In this document: positions 12,996 through 27,000 of the stretch, piece by piece
Numbering within the stretch: position 1 is the stretch's first letter
How the letters are laid out: every line of letters starts with the position of its first letter
Assembly (NCBI GenBank): GCA_951406725.2
Contig: OX597817.1
Coordinates: forward strand, 121,830,001-121,894,000
DNA length: 64,000 nucleotides
Source: Octopus vulgaris
Lineage: Eukaryota
Direction: 5' to 3'
Position numbers and translations under genes: made by a program
The notes under the pieces: generated by a model
What the model was told of the DNA's origin: nothing
Databases searched by the model: none
What the model saw: only the letters and a program-made list of their open reading frames with translations

Positions 12996-13205
12996 AATAA
13001 CTCTCGACACTCCGATATCTAGCTAAACAGTAAAAGAGAAATTTTCATATCATATGAGAGTATATTTGCACTTGGTTGCTGGCAGACCACGCCATAAATA
13101 TAAGTATCAAAGCTGCAACCATAGGTATTTCCTATCCCCATAATCTGAGGATGTGGCACAATTCATGTCATACCAAACATATTACGCACACACCTATGTG
13201 CTCTC

Positions 13206-13256
<51 letters not shown>

Positions 13257-13499
13257 AAACAATACACTTCTTTCGTTCGGTTTGCGTCAGAAGGGTGACA
13301 ATAATGTAAGTGATATAGGTTCACTTTTTCACTGCACATAAACGTGGATACGATGATATTGTCATTAGTAAAGATTACTAATTACACTGTCATAGTAAGT
13401 TTATATATGTATATGTGTATGTGTGCGAGTGTGTTAGAATCAAGTCAAAAATAATGGTCATTACATATTTTTTCCTTTATTGGAGCAAATTTGGCTTAT

Positions 13500-13897
13500 G
13501 TTCTTTAATTTGTTTCATTTATAAGACTGCGGCAGCGCTAAGGCAACATGTTGCAGGGTTTTATTCCAACGAATCAATCCCAGTATTTAATTTGTACATA
13601 GTACATATCATCTCGTTCTTTATTGATAAACAGCTAGACTACAGAGAAGTTAACAAACCAACAGCAGTTTTCTAGCGGCTGTAGTGTAAAACGCGCACGC
13701 GCACACACACACAAACACACATGCACACACACCTGCATAATGTTTCCTTTTGTTTCTCAACAACAAATCCACTCGAAAGCTTTGATTTTTCTGGGGATAT
13801 AGCAGTAGTCACTCACCAAAGGTGCCCCGCGCTGGAGCTGAACCCCGAACACTGCAGTTCGGAAGCAAACTACTTACAAAGTAGTCACATCTGCCGC
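13500..13897 (-). mobile_element. old tRNA-CORE SINE, family C
   Basis: Collinear, diverged similarity to 17108-17509 and to the reverse complement of 60001-60163, with an internal (CA)n tract. Confidence 0.6.
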
Positions 13898-15419
13898 TGA
13901 GAATAAGTAAAATACCCCACGGCGTATTGAACTCAAGTCTCCGCGTGGACGTTTACCGCCATGCTACCGAAATTACGGTCTCCCTGTGTATGTGTGTGTT
14001 TCTGTGTGCGTGTGTGCGTGTGTGTGTGTTTGTGTGTATGTGTGTGTGATGTAAATCTCAGTTTTTATTTTGGTAACGACAAATTTCTTTGTAGTCTTTC
14101 AAGTAAGTCTAATAATTTGTATTTCGTACATGTTACTGTACAAACCACAACGGATTCTATTTGTTATGAAACGCCTCTTCGCACGAAATACATTTTGTCA
14201 TACTTATACTTTATGACAAAAGACTCATTGAATGGAAAATTGAATTAAGATGCTCCATATATCATTAAGGTATTGTTTATAACAATATATTTATACTCAT
14301 ATATGTGTGTCTCCGAAAAAAATCTCATGCATCCTAACTAAATTTAACTTACCGATTAAACTTGATGACATGATGAAAACAAATCAGTTATTGATTTGTT
14401 TGTATATATATGTCTGATTTATAATGGGAAATACAATATCCTTTCACTGATTCCTGTCTCAAAGTATCAGCAGTGTATGTGAAATAATTTTGCTTCAGTC
14501 AAGAATAGATTTATTTCTAAATTCAGTTGTAAACACAATGATGTTAGGTTGACATAAGCAAATATTACATTATGATATAAATTACATTGGGTTCCTGTAC
14601 GTTACGTTTTTGTGTAGCTATGAAATCTGGAAGCACAAAAGTTCGTATATCCTCTCTATTAATATTATCAACGTCGTTTTTTTCCAGTCCTATCTTTGCT
14701 TATCATGAAGTAATATAGTTTTACGTTCCCTCAAACACTAACTAATTTATATATTGTTCTGAACAATGAATCGGCCTCCAGCAAATGATTCTTTCGCATA
14801 TAATATATTTACTGGTGTAGATATTCCTGACGGGTACTCGTATCATAATACTTATTCAGGCAGAGAAGCAGATTGAAATATCACGAGTGTTAATCTGTGC
14901 ATTTAGTTCCAAATCCCAGTAGTTGTAAGCTTCTCCAAATGGATGAAAATTCCGTATTGGTATTTATTCTGTAGACATATTTATTGAAGAAAATACAACA
15001 AAAGTATATTTCACAACACTGATAAGTATTTATACTTGGAAATTCTTATCTATTACCGCATGTATTTTGCAGCTTATAGAAAGCAGAGAGAGAGAGAGAG
15101 AAACACACACGAACAGACATCATATTCAAATTAATTCCTTTTGGATAAACTCATCTGAAACACAGACAATATAGATGGGCGGTTCTGATAAGAGGGTATT
15201 ACTCCAAGACTTACTAAAATAAATTAACCTATGAAGTAAAGAACTTTAGACAGGAATTAAAATATATCTTTATTGACAGCTGGTGTATTTACAAAATTCC
15301 TGGAAATACGCGTTTCCTGCATATAAATAGATTATATTTGTTAATATACATTTAACCAGTTTAATAAGATACATACATAACGACTGAATTTATTCTTGGT
15401 AATATTAAAATATATTCGA

Positions 15420-15625
15420 AGGCGGTGAGCCGTCAGAATCGTTACTATGCTGCGGCAGATGCTTTGCAGCATTTCGTCCGTCATCATGTTCTGTGTTCAA
15501 GTTGAGCCGAGATCTCCTTTGTCATCCGATCAAATTCGATAAAATAAGTACCAGTTAAACAATCAGTTCAATGTAATCCACTTCCCCACTCCTCAGAAAT
15601 AGCTGGTTTCTGCCAAAAATTGAAT
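15420..15625 (+). mobile_element. SINE family M
   Basis: GGCGGTGAGCCGTCAGAATCGTTA...CATTTCGTCCGTC..GTTCTGTGTTCAA...CGATAAAATAAGTACCAGTT. Confidence 0.8.
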
Positions 15626-15637
15626 TTAATATTATAT

Positions 15638-15860
15638 TGGTTTCAAACTTTGGCACAGGATCAGCAAGTTCACGTGCGTCTATATGTACGGCGTGCTTCA
15701 CACCAAACTCTGTATTAAACTTCTACTTATTATATCGTTACGAAATGGATGAAATATAAAATCAACCCCGTCAGAATTTGAACTCAGAGCGAAATGCTGC
15801 TAAGTATACCAACTCTGCATGCTAACGCCGTGTGCTAATGATTCTGCCAGTTCTTCGCCT
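15638..15860 (-). mobile_element. SINE family M, tail-to-tail with the previous copy
   Basis: TTGGTTTCAAACTTTGGCACAGG...AGAATTTGAACTCAGAGCG...GCTAATGATTCTGCCAGTTCTTCGCC. Confidence 0.75.
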
Positions 15861-16620
15861 AAAAAGTTGTAACCAGTATTAAGATATATTCAAAGACGGT
15901 GAGATGGCAGAAACGTTAACATCATTTTGTGATTTAATCATTACGTGTTTCACTAACTTCAGTACTTCTGCAAATATTCAACCTTTTACGTTTTCCTAAA
16001 GCTAGAGATTTTACCAAACTACTTGTAATTGCATTTAAATTTATTAGCCAAATCCCAAGTAACAATTCATCCAGTGAAACCCATGTGACACACAAAATTT
16101 TGTTGGCAGAAAATTGAATAACAATAACATAATTACATTTACTCTATACGATATAGCTCTACAAAGCTAAAATTACATGAATCCATAGTATGCGAATAGG
16201 AATACAAGAGTTAAAGAATGGAGTACACACACACTCTCTCTCTCTCTCTTTCACACACACACACACTCTCTTTCACACACACACACACACATAATGAAGA
16301 TTCAGTTGAATTAGGTACTTAAATTTAGGCACCTTGCTAGTTCGGTACAATCTGCACACCTCCACATTAATATTTGAATATTGAATATCAAGACTCCCTT
16401 GTTGGGGTATTTGTACCCAATATTCCTGTCGTGTGTGTATACAACGCAACCCAGCTAAGTGAAGATATCCGCTCTTGGTAATGCATACATGTACTTCTTT
16501 TTATAACGGTTCTTTCCATAGGATTTCCAAAGTGCAGATTCCAAGTTAGGTGAACAGAATCTGAATAAGTAACAGTGATGTACAGAATTCATAAATCTCT
16601 CTCTCTGTCTTTATATATAT

Positions 16621-16677
<57 letters not shown>

Positions 16678-17107
16678 AACACCCTCATATATTGTCCATG
16701 CAAAAAACATTTTGATACATATATGTATGTGTATAAAGACATACACTTACACTAAGTGCTTGGGTGGTATACGAGTAATATGTTGAAAGGAAGTAATAAG
16801 GTTTACAATGTGTCTAGTGATAATCAATATAAAATACACCAGTCTTCTCTCCACCAATATTTTGAAAATACTGTGCCACTAGCAAACTCAACCCTTACGA
16901 ATTCAGGAAATTCTAGCTACTTTTTGAGTCGTGCGTAAGAAACTGCTCATTGTTAATTTTCTTTGCGTACATTTCACTTAAAATTGATCACCAATACTTA
17001 ATTAGCAGATTTTAAACACACTGATGTAAAGGAGGGCTTGCGAAGAGAAAATAAGAAAATATAAGTAACATATAAGGTATCTGTTATTAAAGCATCATAT
17101 CATGCGT

Positions 17108-17509
17108 ATTCTTTTATTCTTGTACCTGTTTCAGTCATTTGACTGCGGCCATCTTGAAGCACCACATTCAAGAGGTTTTAGTAGAAGAAATCGACCCCAG
17201 GACTTAGTATTTGTAAGATTAGTAATTATTCTATCGGTGACGTTTGCCTCACTGCTAAGTTACGGGGACGTAAACATCAGATGCCAAGCGATGCTAAGGT
17301 ATACAAAGAGAGACACAAAGGCACACACTCATAAATACATATATATATACGACAGGCGTCTTTCAGTTTCCATCTGGAATATCCACTCACAAGGCTTTAA
17401 TCGACCCCAGGCTATACTAGAAAATACTAGCCCAACATGCCACGCAGTGGTATTGAATCCAGAAAAATGTGGTTGGAGCAAGCTTCTCATCACACAGCTA
17501 CGCCTGCGC
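17108..17509 (-). mobile_element. near full-length tRNA-CORE SINE, family C
   Basis: 3' end TTGTACCTGTTTCAGTCATTTGACTGCGGCC, body AATCGACCCCAGGACTT..GCTAAGTTACGGGGACGTAAACA, and a 5' half complementary to 60001-60163. Confidence 0.85.
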
Positions 17510-17879
17510 TTTTACACAGCAATGCCTGGACCTATACGCAGCCACTCTAGCCCCTATACGCAGACACACGTGCGTCTATATGTACGGCGTGCTTCCATGA
17601 AAATGTGTAATTTTGTTGGTAACATATGATCTGCGTGTTGCGATATACACTTCGAATACCATCGAATTTATTTTCTACTTAATAGCATAACCAAACATCA
17701 TATAACAACAGAAGCGAATAAAATGATGATGAAGTAAAAACACTGTTAATGGTATATTTAATCCATGAAACTTGAAACATACGAGTTTAAGCCAATGATA
17801 AATAAATACACTCAGAAGGTTTAAGCTTACCTATGGAACCGACGAATAATCATTTACTCCCCAAAAGTATCACAAATTG

Positions 17880-17922
<43 letters not shown>

Positions 17923-18061
17923 TATATATATAATAATATTAGGCAGTATATTTTAATATTTTTTATATATATTATATTAATTATATTTATATTATTTGTT
18001 ATTTATATATTGGTTTATGTCTATCACTGTTTGAGTTGCCTAATAGTGTTTTTATCTCTAA

Positions 18062-18064
<3 letters not shown>

Positions 18065-18150
<86 letters not shown>
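18065..18150. repeat. (TA)n microsatellite
   Basis: Read directly from the sequence. Confidence 0.95.
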
Positions 18151-18157
<7 letters not shown>

Positions 18158-18976
18158 TACGACTCTAGAATAATGAAGTATATGAATTGCACTTCAAAAC
18201 ACTTCATCTGCTAAATAAAATGCATATATTTATTAGTAATTCATAAGCACAGTATCAAACTGAATAGGAAGTATCATGAAGAGAAGCCAAATTTATAACA
18301 GATATATTTGCTATTACAGTATCATATCATTAATAACTTCATAAACGTATAAAATCATTAGTAATAAGCATAAATGTGATATCATATACTTATCTGTTTC
18401 CTGTCAAGTAAATGTCATGTCCACGAATTACCCCAAGTTATCGATTAATTCCAAGGGCGTCTATTATAAAATTATCTAGTACAACTTATTTTTGTTTTTA
18501 CATATAGCCTAGACACATAAGTTACGCCAACAAAAGTGTAGGTATGGACGTATGGTCAGAAAACTTTTTCGCAACCATGTGATTACGGCTTCGATTTCAC
18601 GACCCAAAGACTAGTTCAATCTCGTCTATGCTATAAAAAGGGAATCACATTGTCAGTATAATTTTTGCTGTAGTTCGTCATACATTTTTGTATGTATGGA
18701 ATTCACAACAGTAAAAAAGGATGTTATTTCAAAGATACCATAAACCATTCGATGAAAAGATATCCATAAATTATGTAATAGACTTCAGTAAGTGATGAGG
18801 TACGATACAAAAATTTAATATCTCTGAGTCAGTGCCTCTTTATCGCCGGAGTCCAATAATTGAAACCCGTTAAACAAACATTCTCAATATAAAATCATTA
18901 GTAAATTCAATGGCACATTTCGAGGACAATAATTTTGAAGTATAAGTTGCTTTTTGTGTGTAAGGTCATAGAAATA

Positions 18977-19230
18977 AAGATAAAGTTACCTTCTCAAGTT
19001 ATGCCGACTCATAAGGCCAGTTTTCCGGTTTTATGGCGTATAAATTCCCCTCCGGGACGGAGCGCCGGTCTCTCACAAGATAACTCATTTTTGACAGCTG
19101 AGATGACTGGAGCAACTCGAAGTGAAGTGTTTTGCACAAGAACACAACCCATCGCCCAGTGTAGGAAGCGAAACCATTATCTTACTATAATGAGTCCAAC
19201 ACTCTAACCACTAAGCCACGTGTCTCCACT
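18977..19230 (-). mobile_element. full-length tRNA-CORE SINE, family A, with TSD
   Basis: Minus strand: GTGGAGACACGTGGCTTAGTGGTTAGAGTG (A box)...GGTTTCGCTTCC (B box)...GTTCTTGTGCAAAACACTTCACTTC..TTGCTCCAGTC..AAAATGAGT (CORE-like), tail AAGGTAACTTTATCTT. TSD AG(G/A)TCATAGAAATA at 18963-18976 and 19231-19244. Confidence 0.85.
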
Positions 19231-20068
19231 AGATCATAGAAATACATTATTTTCTATAAAATGAGGATGAAACAAAGGATAGCTAATGATTACTCTTACC
19301 AACCAAACTTTCTTGTACCACCTTCTCTGTCTCTTTCTTTCTCTCCAGTCCCTGTACTCCTAACAACATGATCGTGTGCGATTACAAAGTAACTCTAATG
19401 AAATACGTTTTTACTGCACAGGCGGTAAGCTTATTAGATAAAAAAAGTATCATCGAACAGAACGTGTAGATAGATAGTTTGACTGGTTCAAAGGGACTTA
19501 ATAATCATGTTCATGCATAGATTGAAGTAGAACAATTATTATCGCCAAATCGGCGCACCAAACTCCAATTAATTCGGCAAGCAGTTTCTTGTATTTCGTT
19601 TAATTTTGATGAATGATACAATTGTCTTGTTCCCTAAAAATTGTTCTGTGCTTCTTGGGTAATATTAAAAACAAATTGATATAAGAACCAGAACAGATAT
19701 TCAGAAACGCACGAGGTTAGTAAACCTTCCCATAAAAGCTAAGAATATATCATAAAAACGATAAAAACGATAAATACAAAAGATTAATGGAAACTTGAAA
19801 CATATATAATATTCCGTGTCACTAAAAGGAAAGCAGACTGCCTCATGTAGAGAAACAGGCTGAATGATGTTTGCAAGAGATGAGTTTTGCTAAAGGCATT
19901 CAAGAACCAGGTGGCAGTGGTGATGTTCAACCAGGTGACGGATAACTCTACCACGTCTGGATTTAAACTCAGAACACAGTGCCGGGAAAAATAACGCTTT
20001 GGTTTAATGCGATTTTATCGAGCATGAAAGAATGAAAGGCAAAGTCAGATCATCTTGTCTCACCCTCG

Positions 20069-20112
20069 AAAGACTCTCACAAGACTCTCTCAAGACTCTC
20101 AAAGACTCTCAC
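20069..20112. repeat. short tandem repeat, 4 x AAGACTCTC(N1-2)
   Basis: Read directly from the sequence. Confidence 0.85.
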
Positions 20113-21919
20113 CATGTTCTGCCAATTATGAAATATGACTTAAAAGAATTTTTTATACGAATTTATATAAACAACCTTAAAATTAACTTTAAAAGAGGTA
20201 TTTTCTGATTTTCGTAGCCCCACAGTCTGTTGAAAAGTACACTACTAGGCTTTTAAACATTTCCCATTGAAGCATCATATAGTCATTTTTGGGTCACCAG
20301 TGTATTTCCAACGATTAGAATGCTTTAAGAAATATACAGCGGAATTAAACCTTCGTGAAATTTATGAATTACAGTCGATTTCTTTGCGAATTTTTAATTT
20401 GTTCGAAATTCAAACCAGATTGTTTAAGGCAATGAGTTACCGGTGTAAAAAAATTTAATTCATCAACTTGCAATTTTTCACTTTAGTTGCTTCGTTGAAG
20501 TCTTTATACATATTTCTCCTGACTAATTATACCATGTCGTTACTGATTAAACATGTCTGGATATCGTACAGCAGCAGCTAGCAGAGAATACTTTCTATCA
20601 CAGAATACTCTGATTCGTGGGGAGTCACATTTTAAGGCCAGCATAACTTGCAAAGAACTTTTTTACATGTAAGATGTTTTCTGTTGCTGAAGCTGTCCTT
20701 TTTTATTTTCGTTCAAGGCAATTATAGAGAAGGAAAATGTAAATGAAAGAAAAAAAAAAGTAAATTAACAAGTAGTCAGCTTGACAGGCTTAATAATAAT
20801 TAATGACATGTTCTCTAGAAGTAATCCTTCCAGCATGATTTATCCTAAAATAAAACTTATAGCAGCTTTGGAACACAATTATAGAACAGAAATGTCATAA
20901 ACCTTTGCGTAACATTTATAACATGAGCGCGAATATCAACCAGCTTTTATTAGGGTGCTTTATTGATGTGAGAGCCGAGCCGATTTAGGCCATTTCAAAT
21001 TAAAAAAACATTGATGACAGTGACAAAACAGATTAAAAATTCAAGCGATAATAATAATAGCAATAATAAGTTTAGATAAAACATAGTTCTGTGGAAAATC
21101 GTTTCCAGATCATTACAATCTAATTTCCAAGAATTGGATATAGTTGGCGTTTGAGTTGTATCTTAGAGTTTGAATTTATGTAGACTTTCCCACCCAGTTT
21201 TTCTTTTACTATTTCTTAAGCGTCAGCACTCGCACGCTTCGTTGTCTGTTGTGGTTAAATCTTTGACCGTTGAGATTTTATGTCAGTTGCCACATGTTAT
21301 ATATTTTATATGTGTTTGCATGTTAATTTTATCACTATACTACAATATTAAAATGTCCCCATTTCTAATCTATTTTTGTGAGAATTATATTAGTGTGAGA
21401 ATTCTCCTTAAGTAATATTCTATCTGAAGTATGGTAAAATATTTTGCAACATATTTTTGTAAAGGAATGGTAAGCCTTCGTGAGAGCACCGTACTAGTTT
21501 GCTGAATATAAAAGCTAGAAACCCCGAAATTCACAATTTTCCGTTTTACAGTAAATTTTATAGGGTCAACGTGGAAAAGTTGTGTTACTGATCATGAAGA
21601 TTTTGGTTTTGGTGATTGTAGTGTATGTATTAGTTTAAGAATAGTTTTTTTACCGAAAAAATTCGGTATAATGCTCATTCATTTTTTTTTGTTTGGTTTT
21701 GAAGTTAGTAAATTTTACAAAATGAGTAAGAAATTTTGCCTCAAAGGGCGGGTATACAGCAGAACAGAGTAGATCATCGGAGCGTTTAGGAACTGAATGT
21801 AAAACCCAGAGCAAAGATCTTGAACATATATCTATGAAAGAATTAAAACAAAACTTACGAGCTGCTCGAAGGGTGTGAAGCTTCTTCTTGCCCACCGCTT
21901 CTCCAACTACAAAAACTAA

Positions 21920-22320
21920 TTCTTTCTAATTTTAGTACAATGCTAGCAGTTGTGCGATGGGGAAGTCGATTACATCGAGCCCTAGTGATTGATAGATACT
22001 TCTTTTATCGACCCCAAAGAAATGAAAGACAAAGGAATTTGAACTCAGAGCAAAAGAGACGAAAAAATCTCTCTTGGAATTTTTTTCCCGACGCACTAAC
22101 GATTCGGTCAGCTCACTACTATGATAATGGTGATAATAATAATGATTCCAAATTTAGGCACAAGGCCAGCAATTCCGGGGAAGGTTGGATAGTCAATTAC
22201 ATTGACCTCAAATCTCAACTATTACTTATCTTATCCACACCAAAAGGATGAAATGCAAAGTCGACCTCAGCGGTATTTGAACTCTTAGATCCAAAAGATC
22301 ATGCTGACAAGTGCTGCCCA
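21920..22320 (-). mobile_element. two tandem SINE family M copies (~21920-22120 and ~22145-22320)
   Basis: AGTCGATTACATCGA..TTTTATCGACCCCAAAG..ATGAAAG..ATTTGAACTCAG, and TCCAAATTTAGGCACAAGGCCAGCAATT..GGATGAAATGCAAAGTCGACCTCAGCGGTATTTGAACTC. Confidence 0.75.
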
Positions 22321-22412
22321 CATCCCTAGAAGTTCACTATCAATTTAAATGTTTGTATTGTATTATATGGAGATATTTCTCCACTGTCCATGCCACTCCC
22401 CTGTGTCACTTT

Positions 22413-22582
<170 letters not shown>

Positions 22583-22607
22583 GACGCCGACGAAAACAAG
22601 AACAGCA

Positions 22608-22797
22608 ACTTCAAATTTAGACATGAACCCGAGATTTAGGTGAGTGAGCCGAATGGTCGGTTATATCAACCACTCAAATGCCTCATACAAGATGTCATCA
22701 AACCCATACGATTATAAAACGAAGTCGACCTCGGCAGGATTTGAATACTGAACATTCACAGCAGGAGCAATGTCACAAGCTTTTTCCCAACGCTCTA
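22608..22797 (-). mobile_element. degraded SINE family M
   Basis: TTCAAATTTAGACA..AAGTCGACCTCGGCAGGATTTGAA..CCCAACGCTCTA. Confidence 0.55.
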
Positions 22798-22816
22798 GTT
22801 GTATTATTATTATTAT

Positions 22817-22848
<32 letters not shown>

Positions 22849-23779
22849 TTAAGAACACATTCTCAAATTACGACGGCTGTCATATTTTTCCACGACCTCA
22901 CCCCAAAAAAAATGTAACACGTCGAGGATATTCTGAATCATAATGATGATAATGAAACTCGGGCTGAAAAACGTCTTAGATACTAAATAATATATTATAG
23001 AGATAGTATTTGACAAAATAGTATTTGACAAAAAGGTTTGGAAAAATCCATGACAAATATTAAGATTTCGAAGCAATTCAGCGGGAAATATGCTGCGATA
23101 CGAAAAGTCTAATCATTCTAGCTTACAGTCACTCACAGAAATCTATATATAAAAATAAACAGTTGAAAGAGCCACAAAAACTCCGCTAATCTTACATTCC
23201 TTGATATGATATATTATGTTTGTAATCTCCACACAAAACCAGATCACGTGCATTACAGATAATGAGGCAATTACATTCATACAAAGCACCTGGGAAATTT
23301 GTCTCCAAGATATATATATCTACACTTAAGACTAATAGCCGACCTGAAATTCTGGAGTCTGAAATGCTCTTCATAGAAACTATGCAGATAAAATATTGTG
23401 GAACTTAATAAAGGCATGTGAGGTGAACTATTATAATAAAGTTCCTCATGATTGGATACTACTACCTGTGACGTCCGCACACATACATACATGCATGCAT
23501 ACATACATGCACATAAGCATACATGCATATAAGCATACATATATTCGTGCGCGCACGAACACACACACGCAAACACATACATACATACATACGTAAGCTT
23601 CTCAAAACGAGAAAGGAGAAATCTTATTCGAAGGCTACTGATCCAATTCATTACTGGAACTGTAAACATGTGTAAAACTTTCTAGAAGTTTATTATTTTA
23701 ATATTTATAAAGCATGTCTAGATATGCAAGTATATGCATAAGAAGACATACATAAAACAAAATATATGAATCTGCACGT

Positions 23780-23994
23780 TTACATACATATATACGTACA
23801 TACATGCATAAATACATACATACATACATACATACATACATACATACATACATACATACATACATACATACATACATACATACCGACTAAAATATCCTGC
23901 TGATGTTGTTGAAATTCCATGAAGAAGCCTTGGATCTAGGTTAGAAACCGGCTCTTTCTCTATTGGCAAAACTCTTGAAATAATACTGAATAAT

Positions 23995-24056
<62 letters not shown>

Positions 24057-24076
24057 TACATACATACATACATACG
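23780..24076. repeat. (ACAT)n/(CA)n microsatellite interrupted by a ~110-bp unique insert (23884-23995)
   Basis: Read directly from the sequence. Confidence 0.9.
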
Positions 24077-27000
24077 TATCGGAAAAGTAGATCTATAAGT
24101 AAAGAAATAATTCATATGACAGAGCTATAGTGCAGCTACATAGTGTTAACGTAAGTAACTTTCAAAGCATTTTCACAGAGGAACCCACACAATCTGGTAA
24201 AAGCTTATTTGGATTATTTACTTTTATTTTTCTAACTTTTGCTTTACGCAATATATATGGGCCTCAGATATTTGTATAAATTGCAGATATAGTTGAAATA
24301 TAGCCATCTATCACAGATAAACCTGAAACCTAATACAGCCACTATCAAAATAATTCGATGTTTCATAGAGTTATATGAACGAAATTTTACTTAACGTTTT
24401 ATCATCATTTTGTCTATTGTCACATTAAACTTATTATAACCATCACGAAGAGAGATCGATTAAGCATCAACAAACGAATAATATTGTTCGAAAATATTTC
24501 AGTGAGAGGATCCGACAAGTCTACACAGGAAATGAATGAAGAAAAGAAAATTAAAACTGAAATTACGTTTGTAAATACAATGGAATATATATGTAAAATC
24601 GAAATATTCTATAGAAATTTCAGAGAGAAGAGCTTAGGTTTTCATCTACCTAGAATATGTCGAAAGTAATTTGAAGAGGTATTTCGAGTCTACAGTAGAC
24701 AAAGAATACACATGAAAGCATTTAAAGAACGTTTTAGACAGGAACACATTTATCGCTCACAGATGCACAGTTAGATTAGATAAATTCAAAACAAACATCC
24801 ACTAGCAATAGAATCTCGTGTATATACGCAAATAGTTTGCGGGTACATATTTTTGAGTATATGCGTATACAGTAGGAGCAAAGAAGCACTGTGTTCAACG
24901 CTCCACATTTTCTAAGGAATAATAATATATGTAAAATCTGAAATATTTAGTGGTGAAAGCATTCAATTATTATTCTTTAGATATTCTGAAGCAAGTCCAT
25001 GGTCGTTCTAATTATTCCTAATCTCATTGATTGTTACATTATCACTCTTGAAAGTACGTAACACAAAACCCTCTCTCGGGGAATCTCTACTCACAACGTA
25101 AATGGAAGATTCTACTTCTTGTAAAATTTCCTTTTAATGCGGAGCAGTTCGGCGTATCTCTGAATCATTGTGAATTTTACAAAACCAATAAGTTTTGAAC
25201 GCGCAAGAACTCACAAGATCCACTGGACTAAGACATCACTAAAATCTACTAATAACTTTAGAAGCAATGTATATGGTGCTTTTAAATTAAGGAATTAAAG
25301 ATTCTAACTACGTACCGCATCAGCAAGACTTGACCGCTTATAAGCATTTTATATGGTCCTAAAATATAGCACGAATGAAAAACATGTTTGTAGTGTTCTC
25401 AAAAAGAGAAATATATACCGCATTTATTAGTTAGAGACCATTACGTGGAATTGCCTTATAATTATCGCAATGGTTAGCAATATTCAACAGTATTCATATA
25501 ATGAGATACAGACAAAGTAAATAATTATCGAATGATTTATCTACAGAATATACTGGCATATTTTCTCCAATGGGTTTAGTAAAAAAAATCATATTCATTC
25601 AGTATACCTAATCCCTCCCATCACCAATACTCTATACGTGTTTATTATAACTAGAGGATAATATTTGTCTTATTTAAAAAGTGAAATCTAGCATCAGAAT
25701 ATTTCTACTAGTTGATGCAACATAGCTTATCTTCCTCTAGATCTTCTCAATATAAATATACTATTATTTCATTATCACCTTCTTGCCAACGTAATCATCT
25801 GTTAGAATAATCATTTGTTAGAATATTGTTGTTCACATCGGAGGATAGATAATATAATTCTCCTCTTAATTCTATCACTTTCTGTTTCAAGATAATTTTC
25901 ATAGTATTAAATTCCTTCTCAACGGATCAATTACTGTCATCATTGCAACTGAACTGGATAATCTGCTTATTTTCTTGAAAACGTCACTCACTCCATTGAC
26001 TGCCATTACACTTTGTGTAGAATATTAAACATGTTATTCGCGCCTTTCTTTGTAGAGCGCAATGAAATTACTTCTTGGTAATATATCTCATTCTATATTT
26101 CAATATCCAAGTCTATGTTATTACCTGTCACAACCCATAAACAACTTCTCGAACATTTATGCTATGTGGCAGTACCCTTAAGTGATATCTGAATATCTTC
26201 TGAATAATTACTAAGATATATGGTTCCTTCTACGAAATTGGAATGTCTCAGTACCTCTGTAGTATAATAATGGAAATAAAATATATAGGTTGGGTGAAAG
26301 GAAAAAATATTTTTGTACGCTTATGTCATTTTATTTTACATCTACTTTCAGAACGATCTCGAACGAAAAAAATATACAATTCATATTTCTGCTTGATTGA
26401 TGTTTAAAATATCTGTAAGGACATGTACATATTTTCTTTCATACATACCAAAGACACGTCTCTGAAAGTAAAGGAGAAATGCAGCTAAACAGAGGAGAAC
26501 TGAATCATCCTAAGATGTAGTTTTAACACCATACTTATAGTCTTATTACAACTGCCATAGGCAATTTATTGATCTCCGATACGGCAACAGAAATCTCTTA
26601 ACTAGATATAACAAAAGATAATCAACTTCTTGTGATTGGTTGTGTGTTTCTTATATTTTCGCAATGGTCAGGTCGATGGTGTATGTTATTCAGAATCTGT
26701 ATTCTGCATGTTTCGTCGTATAAAGCATATGTACATTCCAGGCGACAGGTTAATTTTCCGTTTGTTGACAGATTACATTAACACTGATCTATTCAAACAT
26801 TCGATTTTCAGCAATCGCTTGGCAAAAGACAGACAATTTCTCTCAAAACTATTCTTTCAACTTATATTCAGTTTGTAAAGAAAAATTGCTATGCAGCAGA
26901 TAATTTTGAAATGGATGAGCTAATGACAGCAAAACATTGATTGATTTGCTGAAGATTACAAGACAATCCCGATAGATTCTTTAATATATGAAATATTCTC

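Noticed and set aside
16521-16568. Possible micro-exon after TTCTTTCCATAG
   Set aside because: Weak donor sites and no supporting neighbouring exons.
17102-17629. 175-aa ORF
   Set aside because: It is an antisense reading of a family-C SINE.
20069-20112. Short direct repeats as a CRISPR-like array
   Set aside because: The units are 9-11 bp with no spacers, in a eukaryotic context. This is ordinary slippage.
21790-21870. Peptide KDLEHISMKEL..NLR, faintly like a Crypton/DUF3504 N-terminal region
   Set aside because: Too short, and no tyrosine-recombinase motifs are recognisable nearby.
24868-24945. TACAGTAGGAGCAAAG.. and similar single TIR-like starts (~43580, ~51722, ~58105)
   Set aside because: No matching opposite TIR or transposase could be identified.
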